A DNA stretch of 64,000 nt from Candidatus Nanoarchaeia archaeon (GTDB taxonomy: Archaea > Nanobdellota > Nanobdellia > SCGC-AAA011-G17 > JAFCDX01), in assembly GCA_028716945.1 (NCBI GenBank), contig JAQUOT010000001.1, positions 187,927 through 251,926 of the forward strand. The letters are read 5' to 3'. The notes under the pieces were generated by a model, which saw nothing but the letters and a program-made list of their open reading frames with translations, did not search any database and had not been told where the DNA came from. The translations under genes were made by a program, and so were the position numbers. This document shows positions 37,861-47,637 of the stretch, piece after piece (the first letter of the stretch is position 1; each line of letters opens with the position of its first letter).

Positions 37861-37883
37861 ATTTATATATTTAAATCTTTTTA
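37861..37883 (-). promoter_or_regulatory. Shared promoter motif atttatatatttaaatcttttta (third copy; others at 1162..1182 and 3848..3868)
   Basis: 23-nt identity, positioned 15-37 nt upstream of the start codon in all three cases (TATA-box position for a leaderless mRNA). Confidence 0.5.
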
Positions 37884-37885
37884 TA

Positions 37886-38332
37886 CTAATATTTATGCCC
37901 CTTTTTGTGGTCATGATGCATTTTGCAGTCTAATTGTATTATTTCTTCCTGTAATTCATGTGCTTTTAAGTCTGCAAATTTTAGATTATTATCAATATTC
38001 ATCAAAGCTTCTTGAAGTTCTTTAATTTGTTCTTGAATCAAAGATTTGGCTTCAGGTATTGTTTTTTTAACAGAAACATCAGCACCCACATTAATTAATA
38101 GTTCTTTTGTATTATTAATAGAACCTTCAACAAAAACTCCTGCACTCAAAGGAAAAAAAGCTTTGGAATTTTCTTTAACTTTTGTTAAATCATCTAAATC
38201 TATGTCTAATCTCATTAATTCTTCAACTTGTTGTTGTAAAATAGAATGTTGTTGTTGAACCTGTTTTATTTGTTGGTCAAGCATCTGTAATTCAATATAC
38301 TTTTGTTGTAGAATTTGTTCTTGGTCGCTCAT
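37886..38332 (-). CDS. pfdA: Prefoldin alpha subunit with His-rich C-terminus
   Basis: Two coiled-coil arms flanking a beta-hairpin region (...FFPLSAGVFVEGSINNTKELLINVGADVSV...). Ends ...KMHHDHKKGHKY. Confidence 0.5.
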   Translation of the reverse strand: MSDQEQILQQKYIELQMLDQQIKQVQQQHSILQQQVEELMRLDIDLDDLTKVKENSKAFFPLSAGVFVEGSINNTKELLINVGADVSVKKTIPEAKSLIQEQIKELQEALMNIDNNLKFADLKAHELQEEIIQLDCKMHHDHKKGHKY

Positions 38333-38706
38333 TTCTTCTTAGATTCTTTTTTAACTTTTTTATCAGTTTTTTTAGGAACTTCTTTTATAGGTTTATTTTT
38401 ATTTTTAATAACTTTTAATCTCTTTGGTCTTTCAGCTTTTTTCTTTTCTTTGCCTTTCTTAGCAATAACTTCAAGTTTTTCTTTTTTCATTGCTGCATGA
38501 ACATCTGAGCTAGAAGCACCTTTTTTTATTTTCAATATAATATCTAAAGGTTCTAAATGTTTTGTATTGCATAATTTTCTTTTTACGCTTCCATCAATTA
38601 AAACAAAATTCTTATTTTTTTTATCAAAATCTACTATTACTGCAATTTTTCCTGCTTCTCTTCCTGCAAGTTTTACACATGCTCTTCCAATATCAAATAA
38701 TACCAT
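38329..38706 (-). CDS. rpl14e: Ribosomal protein eL14 with K-rich tail
   Basis: MVLFDIGRACVKLAGREAGKIAVIVDF...NFVLIDG (KOW-type L14e). Confidence 0.65.
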   Translation of the reverse strand: MVLFDIGRACVKLAGREAGKIAVIVDFDKKNKNFVLIDGSVKRKLCNTKHLEPLDIILKIKKGASSSDVHAAMKKEKLEVIAKKGKEKKKAERPKRLKVIKNKNKPIKEVPKKTDKKVKKESKKK

Positions 38707-38708
38707 TT

Positions 38709-38990
38709 TTATCTCCTAAATTTTGCTTTTATTAATTCTCTTGTACAATTTGAACATAAATATCCACCATAAGGCCTCGATGGTTTTTTATAAGTTTTAG
38801 GTAAATTTTTCATTACAGAAGGCAACTCACGTAAAGTTCCTTTCAAAGGTTTTTTGCAATTAGCACATTTTACATGAGAAGGTTTTCTTTTTCTATAATG
38901 TAAAGTTACTTTATTTCCAGGTAATTTTACATAAATCTTTCTTAATTTTCTTGATCTTGCTCTCTTCCTTGGTTGTTTAAAAGTTACCAT
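38709..38990 (-). CDS. rpl34e: Ribosomal protein eL34
   Basis: ...LHYRKRKPSHVKCANCKKPLKG... C4 zinc ribbon of L34e. Confidence 0.7.
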   Translation of the reverse strand: MVTFKQPRKRARSRKLRKIYVKLPGNKVTLHYRKRKPSHVKCANCKKPLKGTLRELPSVMKNLPKTYKKPSRPYGGYLCSNCTRELIKAKFRR

Positions 38991-39009
38991 TTTTTCTAAA
39001 TTTTTTGAT

Positions 39010-39783
39010 TTAATAAACCTTAAAAAGCTTTCTAAATATACTATTTAATATCACTGCCATAATAATATATACCCATAACCACCCCAATCCAAATATCTTT
39101 ATAGGGGCATTACTGACTGTAATTGTCTTAATATCTTGGTTTACAATTTCTATAGGGGTAAGATATTCTTTATTATTTGAAATTAGGATATCTTTACTAT
39201 AAGTTTTATTATTATAATCAAAAGTTAATGAATATTTCCCTTCTTGTTTGGCCTTTAATAAAAAACCTGCTTTTTTGTCTTCAACTTTTTTTGTATCTGA
39301 ATCTAAACTTTCTATATTTTCAGGAAGAATTATTTTTATATCTCCAAGATTTTCTTTGAAAGTTAAATTTACTGAAAATTCCTGGTCTGGAGTTATAGCA
39401 TTATAAGCTAAATGAGTTGAAAACCAACCAAATATTATCAAAATTGGAATCATAGTGATTAACATTGGTTTCATAGTTTGTTTCATTTGCACCATGCTTT
39501 TTTCCATAGAAATTTTTTGTAATTCCATTAATTTTTTAGAATCATTTTTAGATTCATCCATTTTTTTTCTGAGGTCTTTCATTTCATCTCTTATAGATTT
39601 TAATAATGCTTGATCTGTTAATTTTTTATAAGCAACTATAGAAATTAAAGTTACAATCAAAGTAATTATTAAAATAGCAAAGAAAGGATGTAATTTTAAT
39701 AAAGGTCCAAAAATTGGATTCAAAATTGGATTAAATATACTACCAAACCAATCAGTCATTGAAGAAGCCATTTTATTTTGCAA
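39010..39783 (-). CDS. Archaeal YidC/Oxa1-like insertase (DUF106 family) with C-terminal extension
   Basis: TM1, a long charged coiled-coil (...IRDEMKDLRKKMDESKNDSKKLMELQKISMEKSMVQMKQTMKP...), TM2/TM3. Position right after secY is typical. Confidence 0.45.
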   Translation of the reverse strand: MQNKMASSMTDWFGSIFNPILNPIFGPLLKLHPFFAILIITLIVTLISIVAYKKLTDQALLKSIRDEMKDLRKKMDESKNDSKKLMELQKISMEKSMVQMKQTMKPMLITMIPILIIFGWFSTHLAYNAITPDQEFSVNLTFKENLGDIKIILPENIESLDSDTKKVEDKKAGFLLKAKQEGKYSLTFDYNNKTYSKDILISNNKEYLTPIEIVNQDIKTITVSNAPIKIFGLGWLWVYIIMAVILNSIFRKLFKVY

Positions 39784-41188
39784 TCATCTTCCTTAATGCA
39801 GGATACATATCCATCATATGTTGCTTTGCAATATCTTCGTACATTCTATAAACAATCATAACTGTTAATAATATTCCAGTACCTCTACCTAAAGCACCAG
39901 ATAAATCTGCAGCAGATGCAACAATACCTATTGTAACTGCTCCCATTATTGTTAAAGGTAGAATATATCTTTTTAATATTGATTCTAAAACTCTAGGATC
40001 TCTTCTAAACCCTGGAATTTGTAAACCAGACGCCATAATATTTTTTGCTTGTGATTCTGCATCCATTCCAGCAGTCTGCATCCAAAATAATGCAAAAATT
40101 ACTGATCCCACAACCATAAATATTAAATAAACAAAAGCATGGAATAAACTACTTGGAGTAAATGCGCCTGTCAAAATAGTTCTTAAAATATCTGGACTAT
40201 ATATCCAAGAGACTAAACCTGAAGCAGGAACGTTCCCTGAAAAAGTTCCTAGTATAGGGCGTCCCCAATTTTCAAAGAATCTTGCAATTAATTGAATATT
40301 TGCCATTAATGCCGCAGTTAAAATAACAGGAATATTGCTAGTATATAAGAAATTCAATGGCCACCTTATTCCATAACCTCTAACTCTTCCAAAACTTAAA
40401 GGAATTTCAATTTTAATTGCTTGAAAATATACCGACATAAAAAATACAGCTATTGTAGCAAGTATTGTTGATAATGCTAAAATTGCTCCAGTAGGATCTC
40501 CTCCAGATAGAGAAAGGAAGAAAACCCAAAGTGCTCCAACAGGAGATTGACCTGAACCAAATGCCCAAGTTCCAGTTGTTGTTAAAGGTGAGAAAGCTCT
40601 AATGAAAACTTCCATTGAAACATTAGCGGCTATGAATAATGAAATACCTGAACCAAATCCCCATTTCTGCATAATCTCATCCATATATAATACCATTAAT
40701 CCACCAAGAATTAATTGTCCAATCAAAACTAATTGCATTATGAAATAAGTTCCAGGAGCTAAACCATCTGCGGGAGCTAAACCTCCCATAAAAACATAAA
40801 TTGCTCCTTCAAAAATTATAAAAAAGATTGATAATAATTTTTGGAATCCTTGGAATTTTAGTCTTCCTTCTTTTGTATGAGTATCAAATTTCATTAATCC
40901 AGAACCATTCAATAATTGTAATACAATTGATGCAGTAACAATTGGCCCAATACCTAAAGACATTATAGAACCAAATTGTGCTCCTAAAATAATTGATAAT
41001 TGTTGAAATTGAGCTAATGAATTTTTACCAAGCCCAAATAAAGGAATAACTGATAAAACAAAGAATGAAATTAAAACTATTAAAGTCCATTTTAATTTTT
41101 CATTAAAACCTAATTTCTTTTCTAATGGACCTTTTACTTCAGGAAGATTCGCTAGAAACGTTTCTATTAGGGACAACCACTTCACCAC
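39773..41188 (-). CDS. secY: Preprotein translocase SecY
   Basis: 10-TM protein with SecY-typical segments (...GIGPIVTASIVLQLL..., ...MLLMFLAL-like). Position after uL15. The annotated start overlaps rpl15 and the true start is probably an internal Met. Confidence 0.85.
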   Translation of the reverse strand: MVKWLSLIETFLANLPEVKGPLEKKLGFNEKLKWTLIVLISFFVLSVIPLFGLGKNSLAQFQQLSIILGAQFGSIMSLGIGPIVTASIVLQLLNGSGLMKFDTHTKEGRLKFQGFQKLLSIFFIIFEGAIYVFMGGLAPADGLAPGTYFIMQLVLIGQLILGGLMVLYMDEIMQKWGFGSGISLFIAANVSMEVFIRAFSPLTTTGTWAFGSGQSPVGALWVFFLSLSGGDPTGAILALSTILATIAVFFMSVYFQAIKIEIPLSFGRVRGYGIRWPLNFLYTSNIPVILTAALMANIQLIARFFENWGRPILGTFSGNVPASGLVSWIYSPDILRTILTGAFTPSSLFHAFVYLIFMVVGSVIFALFWMQTAGMDAESQAKNIMASGLQIPGFRRDPRVLESILKRYILPLTIMGAVTIGIVASAADLSGALGRGTGILLTVMIVYRMYEDIAKQHMMDMYPALRKMIAK

Positions 41189-41609
41189 CCATTGCTTCTA
41201 TTTTTTCTTTTGCTTTTTCTGAACAAGCATTACAGATAATTTTTAATTTATTTTTTACTTTTCCAGAACCAAGCAGTTTTTCATATCCAAATTCGTTTAA
41301 ATCAATAACATAAACAGAACCTTCTTTCTTTGCAAACTTTTCTAAGTTTTTTTCGAGATCTTCTATATTAATTGCTTCAAGTTTTGTTTGAGATCTTTTT
41401 ATTTTAATTGAATTAAAGCCGTGTTTACCATAATAATCTTTACCTTCATATTTTAAAATAGCAATTTTCTTATGAGCTGCTCTTTTTCCAGTTCCTGCCT
41501 TTCCAACTCCTCCACGGTTACCAGATCCTCTGTGTCTGTGCTTACCTCCCCATCCACAAGTTCTAGTTGCCCTAAATCTTGTATCTTTTCTTCTTTTTCT
41601 AACTACCAT
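41139..41609 (-). CDS. rpl15: Ribosomal protein uL15
   Basis: ...TRTCGWGGKHRHRGSGNRGG... Confidence 0.8.
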   Translation of the reverse strand: MVVRKRRKDTRFRATRTCGWGGKHRHRGSGNRGGVGKAGTGKRAAHKKIAILKYEGKDYYGKHGFNSIKIKRSQTKLEAINIEDLEKNLEKFAKKEGSVYVIDLNEFGYEKLLGSGKVKNKLKIICNACSEKAKEKIEAMGGEVVVPNRNVSSESS

Positions 41610-41610
41610 T

Positions 41611-42081
41611 TTATAACATCCTTTTTATTAAATCATTTATTTTATTTCCTCTATAACCTAAAGCACCACCCATACTAAAAGGAATTTTAATTCCGCCACG
41701 TTCAAAACCTTTTCTTGGAGGTGTTAATCTGAAATATTTTTTAAGACCAGGGATGTCTCTTAATTCTTTTTTTAATTTCATAAACTCTTCTGTAAATTCA
41801 TCAAAACTTAATTTTGCATTTTTTTTCAAATATTCTTCTGTTAATAATTGGTTTCCTGCAATTCTTCCTCTCTTTTTTAATAACTCTTTGAAAGTTTCTT
41901 TGTCTAATTCTCCCCAAGTAACAAAGTCCTTTACTAAAGTTAACATTCCAACACTTGAAGGATCTGCTCTTACAAGAACGCAAGAATTCTTTCTATGTAA
42001 ATTCAACATAGTTAAAGTATCCTTTACTGGTTTCTTTAGACCAATTATTCCTCTCACTTGAATTATTGCTATTCTTGACAT
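41611..42081 (-). CDS. rpl30: Ribosomal protein uL30
   Basis: MSRIAIIQVRGIIGLKKPVKDTLTMLNL... Confidence 0.8.
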   Translation of the reverse strand: MSRIAIIQVRGIIGLKKPVKDTLTMLNLHRKNSCVLVRADPSSVGMLTLVKDFVTWGELDKETFKELLKKRGRIAGNQLLTEEYLKKNAKLSFDEFTEEFMKLKKELRDIPGLKKYFRLTPPRKGFERGGIKIPFSMGGALGYRGNKINDLIKRML

Positions 42082-42082
42082 T

Positions 42083-42910
42083 TTACTTCTGCACTTTCAT
42101 TTTATTTAATTGTTTTAAAGCTTCAAATCCAGCTTTTAATAAATTTAATTTGGTATTTGTTGTTCCAAAAGTTTTGGAATATACATCTTTTATTCCTGCC
42201 ATTTCTAATAAATTTCTTAATTCTTTTTCTACAATTAATCCTGTACCTTTTGGAGCAGGTTTAAATGTTACTCTTACTGAACCACATCCTCCAGAAACAG
42301 CGAATGGAATTGTATGATTTTCTCCACAACCACAAGCCCATGAACCACAACCAAATTTAATTTTAATTATATTTAATTTTGCATTTTTAATTGCTTTTTC
42401 TCTTGCTGGAACAGTTTCTTTTGCTTTTCCTAATCCAATTCCAACATAACCATTATGATTTCCAACAACTACGAGAGTTGAGAATTTAGGTTTGTTTCCT
42501 TCTTTAGTTTTTTTCTGGGTTTGTTTCCAAATACTTCTCTTTCCTCCACCGAATTTACCTTTAGATTGACCTATACAAATTAAAACGTGAGTTAAATTTG
42601 GAATTAATCTATCTGCTATTTCTGGTTCTAAGAAAGGTTTTGGATTATCTAGTATTTCATCAATATTAGTTATTTCTCCAGAAGCAACTTTTCTACCTAG
42701 CTCTGTTTTTGGTTTCCATTCTTTTTCAACAATTTTTATTCCACGTTCTTCTGCTGCTACATCGGTTACTTCTTTCAAAACTTCTATAATTGCCTTTTCT
42801 TCCAGAACTGCTTTTTCTTCTACAGCCAGTTCTTTCTGCATTCCATCTACCTTAGCAACATCTTCTCCGGGATGTTTTTCTCTTGGTGCTTTTCTTGTTA
42901 TTTTTTCCAT
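42083..42910 (-). CDS. rps5: Ribosomal protein uS5 with N-terminal acidic extension
   Basis: ...VVVGNHNGYVGIGLGKAKE... Confidence 0.8.
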   Translation of the reverse strand: MEKITRKAPREKHPGEDVAKVDGMQKELAVEEKAVLEEKAIIEVLKEVTDVAAEERGIKIVEKEWKPKTELGRKVASGEITNIDEILDNPKPFLEPEIADRLIPNLTHVLICIGQSKGKFGGGKRSIWKQTQKKTKEGNKPKFSTLVVVGNHNGYVGIGLGKAKETVPAREKAIKNAKLNIIKIKFGCGSWACGCGENHTIPFAVSGGCGSVRVTFKPAPKGTGLIVEKELRNLLEMAGIKDVYSKTFGTTNTKLNLLKAGFEALKQLNKMKVQK

Positions 42911-42911
42911 T

Positions 42912-43454
42912 TTACATCTTCATTATTTTATTTTTTAAGTCTTCAAACTCCTCTTTTAATTTTTCTGGTTTGTTTTTTGAAAACTGTAATTTATTTTTTG
43001 TATTTTGAGAATAGTTTATTATATGTTTTCCTTGTATCCTATCTTCACTTGGGTAAATTTCATCTGTATGTGGAATTTCTATTTTTGAATCAACAACTCC
43101 TTTTAAAGCAGCATATATCCTTTCTCCAGCTCCGAATAAACCCATATCCAAAATTGCTTTTTTAATGTTTTTCTTTTTTGCTTCAGCTCCTGCTAATAGA
43201 CCTGTTAAATATGCTGCAGGAACATTACCTGTATTTGCCTTCCATCCTAATTTTTTTAATTCACAACTATTACAAGAAACTAAAACTTTGTCTCCTTTTG
43301 GAGAATAATCAACAAATTGAATAATTATATTATTAAGAGTTTTTCTTATGACTAATCTTGTCTTTCCAGAACTAAGTAATTTTAATCTAGTTCTATAATC
43401 CGTTCTTCTTTCAGATTTTCTCTTATATTCCTTAAATCTTTTCTGTTGTTTCAT
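42912..43454 (-). CDS. rpl18: Ribosomal protein uL18
   Basis: ...RLVIRKTLNNIIIQFVDYSPKGDKVL... Confidence 0.8.
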   Translation of the reverse strand: MKQQKRFKEYKRKSERRTDYRTRLKLLSSGKTRLVIRKTLNNIIIQFVDYSPKGDKVLVSCNSCELKKLGWKANTGNVPAAYLTGLLAGAEAKKKNIKKAILDMGLFGAGERIYAALKGVVDSKIEIPHTDEIYPSEDRIQGKHIINYSQNTKNKLQFSKNKPEKLKEEFEDLKNKIMKM

Positions 43455-43906
43455 TTTTTCTTATTTACCAAATTATATTCATTCATGAATAGTTTTATGT
43501 GTCTTACGCTTCTGAAAAATCCTCCCTTAGCCTTATTTCTTAAGATTCTATAATTATGTTTATTTACTATTTCTTTTTGTCTTAACTCTTTCAAGAATTT
43601 TCTTTGTGCTCTTATTCTTGAGATCCAATCGTGTTTTCTTGATAATCTTGCAGTTTTAAATCCTTGTCTTGAACCTTTTCCTTGACGTCTTCCTTTTCTT
43701 CTTTGAATAATAATTCTTCTTGCACCAGATCTTGAATGACCATCTTTTTGCTCTTTAATAATAACTCCTTGTTTAACCAAAGCATGAATATCTCTTCTTG
43801 TAATTGCTTCTTTTATTTCGGAGAGCTTTTCCTCATTAAATTTAACTCTCTTTCTGCCTACTCCAAGCAGTCTTATAGCTAATTTTTTCTTTGGTCCTAA
43901 TTTCAT
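43451..43906 (-). CDS. rpl19e: Ribosomal protein eL19
   Basis: MKLGPKKKLAIRLLGVGRKRVKFNEEKL... Confidence 0.8.
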   Translation of the reverse strand: MKLGPKKKLAIRLLGVGRKRVKFNEEKLSEIKEAITRRDIHALVKQGVIIKEQKDGHSRSGARRIIIQRRKGRRQGKGSRQGFKTARLSRKHDWISRIRAQRKFLKELRQKEIVNKHNYRILRNKAKGGFFRSVRHIKLFMNEYNLVNKKK

Positions 43907-43907
43907 T

Positions 43908-44435
43908 TTACATTCCCTTCTTTACCATATCTTTTAATTCTGATTCTTGTTCTTTTTTCTTGGTTTCTTCTTTTTCTTTTATTTCAGTTTCAGATTTTTC
44001 TTTAGCTTTCTTTTCAAGTTCTTCTTTTTTCTTTTGTTTTTTACTTAATTTTTCTTCCTTTATTTTTTTCTTAGCTTCAAATTCTTTTTTAACATCTTCA
44101 ATAAACTTATCAACGTTTTTTAAATTTAATATATTCAGTTTCTTTTCTTTTATTTTATGTAATAACTCTACTTTTTTCTTTAATCCTAAGTTTGAACTTA
44201 TAACAATGATATTTTCTTTTGTAACTTTTTCTAAATCTTTTATACTACTTACTAAAATCGGAGTTAAATTTTTAACTTTGAATTTTAATATATTTGAATT
44301 TCCGAAACCTATTGAAGGTATATTTGAGTGTCCTCTTCTGTGTCTTCTAATTTTATTATGCATTCCACGAGGCTTTCTCCAACTAGTAAAACCTTTCATA
44401 TTTTCATCTGTTCTTGTAAATTTTACTCTACTCAT
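43908..44435 (-). CDS. rpl32e: Ribosomal protein eL32 with about 90-aa K/E-rich C-terminal extension
   Basis: ...WRKPRGMHNKIRRHRRGH...IGFG... Confidence 0.75.
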   Translation of the reverse strand: MSRVKFTRTDENMKGFTSWRKPRGMHNKIRRHRRGHSNIPSIGFGNSNILKFKVKNLTPILVSSIKDLEKVTKENIIVISSNLGLKKKVELLHKIKEKKLNILNLKNVDKFIEDVKKEFEAKKKIKEEKLSKKQKKKEELEKKAKEKSETEIKEKEETKKKEQESELKDMVKKGM

Positions 44436-45001
44436 TGTTCACCTGGTTTCTTAATTATAAAACAACCATCTTGGAAACGTGTTTTATCTCTCTTACCAAC
44501 ATTAGTTAATTTTTCTAAGGTTGCTCCCATCAATCCTAATTTTTCTTTATTATTTCCAGTTAAAGTTATTATGTCTCCAGTTAATTTTGCATTAATATTA
44601 TCAAATAATTTCACTCTTCTTGGAACTTTTTCTCCTAAAAAGTTTTTAATTACAATATCTCTTCCTTCAATTATTGTAGTAATTGGGAAATGTCCTGAAC
44701 AAATTTTTACTTGACATTCATATCCTTCTTTAACGCCAAGTAACATATTTTTTATGTGAGCAGCAGTAGAATTAAGATGCATTTTATCTTTTTTATTTAC
44801 TTTTTTGCCTATAGGTTTAATTGAAATTTTATTTTCTTGTTTTTCCATTTTTAATCTAGGATTTATGAATTCTCTTTCTGAACTTCCTTTTGGACCATTC
44901 ACTTTTACTAAAAAGTTAGATATATCTACAGAAACTCCTTCAGGTATTACTATGTTTGGTAATTTTATCCTTACATGTTTCTTTTCTGTTTTTTGTTTCA
45001 T
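44432..45001 (-). CDS. rpl6: Ribosomal protein uL6
   Basis: Two-domain L6 pattern ...IPEGVSVDISNFLVKVNGPKG... Confidence 0.8.
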   Translation of the reverse strand: MKQKTEKKHVRIKLPNIVIPEGVSVDISNFLVKVNGPKGSSEREFINPRLKMEKQENKISIKPIGKKVNKKDKMHLNSTAAHIKNMLLGVKEGYECQVKICSGHFPITTIIEGRDIVIKNFLGEKVPRRVKLFDNINAKLTGDIITLTGNNKEKLGLMGATLEKLTNVGKRDKTRFQDGCFIIKKPGEQ

Positions 45002-45002
45002 T

Positions 45003-45395
45003 TTAGTAACAGTATGCGATTAATTTTCCTCCAATACCTTTCTCTTTAGCTTGTTTATTTGTCATCAAACCTTGTGAAGTTGACATAATTAAGATACCAA
45101 AATCTTTAGCAGGTAAAAATCTTTTTTCGAATTTTTCATATTCTGCTAGATTAACTGAAAATCTTGGTTTTATAACTTTACAATTATTAATGTGACCAAT
45201 CAAATTAATTTCTAATTCTCCGCCACGCGCTTCATTTACTACCTTAAATTCTCCGATATAATTATAATCTTTTAATATTTGTAAAACTAACTTCATTACT
45301 TTTGATACAGGTCTAGTTTTACATGTTGCTTTTCCACCTTTTTCACAATTCAACATATGTGAAAATACATTTGCTAAAGTATCGTTATTTGCCAT
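45003..45395 (-). CDS. rps8: Ribosomal protein uS8
   Basis: MANNDTLANVFSHMLNCEKGGK... Confidence 0.8.
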   Translation of the reverse strand: MANNDTLANVFSHMLNCEKGGKATCKTRPVSKVMKLVLQILKDYNYIGEFKVVNEARGGELEINLIGHINNCKVIKPRFSVNLAEYEKFEKRFLPAKDFGILIMSTSQGLMTNKQAKEKGIGGKLIAYCY

Positions 45396-45396
45396 T

Positions 45397-45627
45397 TTAA
45401 CTATATTTTTTAAAGCCTATTGACGAAGCTACCTCCCTGAAACATTGTCTACAAAAATCTAAACCATATTTTTTATTATGTGCTCCAATTCTTCCGCATC
45501 TTTTACATTTTCTAACTGCTTTTCCATATTTTCTTGTTTTAGGAGCATTATGCTTAATGAACTTCTTATGTTTAGCCGGTTTTCCTACTAATTGTTTTAT
45601 TGCTTTATCATAGCTACTATAACTCAT
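45397..45627 (-). CDS. rps14: Ribosomal protein uS14 (zinc type)
   Basis: ...[25 protein letters not shown]... Confidence 0.8.
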   Translation of the reverse strand: MSYSSYDKAIKQLVGKPAKHKKFIKHNAPKTRKYGKAVRKCKRCGRIGAHNKKYGLDFCRQCFREVASSIGFKKYS

Positions 45628-46145
45628 TTTTCTCCTCCAGTTACTAAACCAAATTCTTTTTCCATAAATTTAATTGCTTCTTCTTTTGTGATTCTATGAC
45701 TTGCAGGTACTTTTCTTGATTGAATTTTTCTTTTTTTAATTCTAAATCCTGCTCTAATTAAAGTAACTGAAACTTCTAAACCAGACATACCAATATCTGG
45801 TTTATAATCAACACCAGGTATATCTATGTATTCTGAAATTCCAAATCCGAAATTACCTTCTTTATCGAATTTTCTTTCTGAAACTTTATTATCAATAGCT
45901 TTCAATAGATTTTTTAATAATTCTACTGCCTTTTTTCCTCTTATAGTTACTTTGCAAGCAACTTCTAAATTAGGTCTCAAACCCCAATCTGGAATTCTTT
46001 TTTGTGTTTTTGTTCTAACAGGTTTTCCTTTAGTAATATAATTTAATAATTTTATAGCTTTCTCTAGCTTTTCTCCAGGCTCTCCAACTCCAATATTTAT
46101 GGTTACCTTTTCAATTTTTATATTTCTCATTAAATTGTCTTTCAT
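45624..46145 (-). CDS. rpl5: Ribosomal protein uL5
   Basis: ...[20 protein letters not shown]... Confidence 0.8.
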   Translation of the reverse strand: MKDNLMRNIKIEKVTINIGVGEPGEKLEKAIKLLNYITKGKPVRTKTQKRIPDWGLRPNLEVACKVTIRGKKAVELLKNLLKAIDNKVSERKFDKEGNFGFGISEYIDIPGVDYKPDIGMSGLEVSVTLIRAGFRIKKRKIQSRKVPASHRITKEEAIKFMEKEFGLVTGGEK

Positions 46146-46146
46146 T

Positions 46147-46836
46147 TTATATATCTATTACTGGTTTTTCTTTTCCTATTACGAAAGCATAATCTTTTAG
46201 TGTTTCGTATTTTTTTGTTCCTATTGTAAAAATAATTTTAGCTTTCTTATCAAAAGTTCCATTTTCTATTTTATCAACTTTACCCACATTTCCTACATAA
46301 GAACCGTCTGTTAAATAAATCACAGCACCTTTCTCTAATTTTAAAGTATCTTTAATATCTCCTTTTTCTAAATCTAATACTATTGTATCTCCAACAGTAT
46401 AAGCATTTTTATCAAGAAGTTTATTTCTTCCGTCGTGAAGATGTATTTGTATTTTTTTATTTTTAACTACGGTTTTTCCAGTAACTTTACATAATTTTGT
46501 TTTTGAATCTTTGATTTCTTTTAAGATAAAATCTCCATTTTTATTATAAAGAACAATATTTTGTATTTTTAAATCAGGAACTTCAATAATATCCATAATT
46601 CCAACAGGGAATTTATATTCATTTCTTTTTATTTTATTAATAAATAATTTTCCATCTTGTAATATCTTTTTAACTTCTTTTGTTGTCTCTGCTATTTTCA
46701 AAATTTCTTTTAATATGATATTAACAGTTATACATTTATGTAAACCATGCGGACCAGGCAAAGGTCTTGCTGTCCAAGTATTTTCTTTTCTAGAGATTGG
46801 CCAATTCTTTGGTGAGGGTATTCTTTTTATGTGCAT
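46147..46836 (-). CDS. rps4e: Ribosomal protein eS4
   Basis: MHIKRIPSPKNWPISRKENTWTARP... Confidence 0.8.
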   Translation of the reverse strand: MHIKRIPSPKNWPISRKENTWTARPLPGPHGLHKCITVNIILKEILKIAETTKEVKKILQDGKLFINKIKRNEYKFPVGIMDIIEVPDLKIQNIVLYNKNGDFILKEIKDSKTKLCKVTGKTVVKNKKIQIHLHDGRNKLLDKNAYTVGDTIVLDLEKGDIKDTLKLEKGAVIYLTDGSYVGNVGKVDKIENGTFDKKAKIIFTIGTKKYETLKDYAFVIGKEKPVIDI

Positions 46837-46837
46837 T

Positions 46838-47233
46838 TTATTTCTCCTTCTTCATATTCTGTTCTAATTTTATTTTTCTTTTTTTATCATCTAAATTTAA
46901 ACTTGTAATCATCAAATTTGAAGGGTATATTGGATAGTAAGATTTTGTTCCGTCTCTTCTTATATGTTGGACATTTTCTATTGTAACTTTACATTTTCTT
47001 AAGTTTACATTAACAATTTTTCCAGATATTTTTTTAAATTGCCCTTTCATAACTTTAACAGTATCTCCTTTTCTAATTCTTATTGATCTTTTATTATATT
47101 TTTTCTTTAAGTCTTTTGATAAATGAACATTCAAGAATTTTCCTTTAATATGTAATGGAGCATTGTATCTATACTTTCTCTGCTTTCTAGGTTGTTTACT
47201 AGATTTCCATGAAGTTGAAAATTCTTGTTTCAT
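46838..47233 (-). CDS. rpl24: Ribosomal protein uL24
   Basis: KOW motif ...IRKGDTVKVMKGQFKKISGKIVNVNL... Confidence 0.75.
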   Translation of the reverse strand: MKQEFSTSWKSSKQPRKQRKYRYNAPLHIKGKFLNVHLSKDLKKKYNKRSIRIRKGDTVKVMKGQFKKISGKIVNVNLRKCKVTIENVQHIRRDGTKSYYPIYPSNLMITSLNLDDKKRKIKLEQNMKKEK

Positions 47234-47235
47234 TT

Positions 47236-47637
47236 TTATAATATAATACTAGCCATTTTTGATATTGGTGGCCATCTATCTGCTGCCTCCTTAGCAATTG
47301 GTCCTTTAAACATAGTACCTTTTGGATTTCCTTTTTCATCTTTTAATACTACTGCGGCATTATCTTCGAATTTAACACGTTCTCCATTAGGTCTTCTGTA
47401 TTCTTTTTTCTGTCTAACAATAACTGCAAATACAACTTGTTTTCTCATTTCAGGATTTCCCTTACATACCGATGCTTGAATTAAATCTCCTACTCCACCA
47501 GTTGGAACTCTTCCTTTACTGGTATTTCTATTATAAAAGGAAATTATTCTCAATTCTTTAGCACCAGAGTTGTCACAAGTTGGAATCCTTGTTTCCTTCT
47601 GGAATGCATTTGTTACATTTGCTTTTAATGCTTTCAT
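47236..47637 (-). CDS. rpl14: Ribosomal protein uL14
   Basis: ...CDNSGAKELRIISF... Confidence 0.85.
   Translation of the reverse strand: MKALKANVTNAFQKETRIPTCDNSGAKELRIISFYNRNTSKGRVPTGGVGDLIQASVCKGNPEMRKQVVFAVIVRQKKEYRRPNGERVKFEDNAAVVLKDEKGNPKGTMFKGPIAKEAADRWPPISKMASIIL

Noticed and set aside
39773-41188. SecY start as given (overlapping rpl15 by about 50 nt)
   Set aside because: Kept the track coordinates but the biologically used start is probably an internal Met. I could not decide which from sequence alone.
43891-44454. 187-aa plus-strand ORF antisense to eL32/eL19, and similar antisense ORFs (2469..2672, 6918..7391, 26755..27247, 41753..42061, 51800..52069, etc.)
   Set aside because: They are low-complexity F/S/L-rich translations of the antisense strand of well-supported genes. 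This is typical for AT-rich genomes and not coding.
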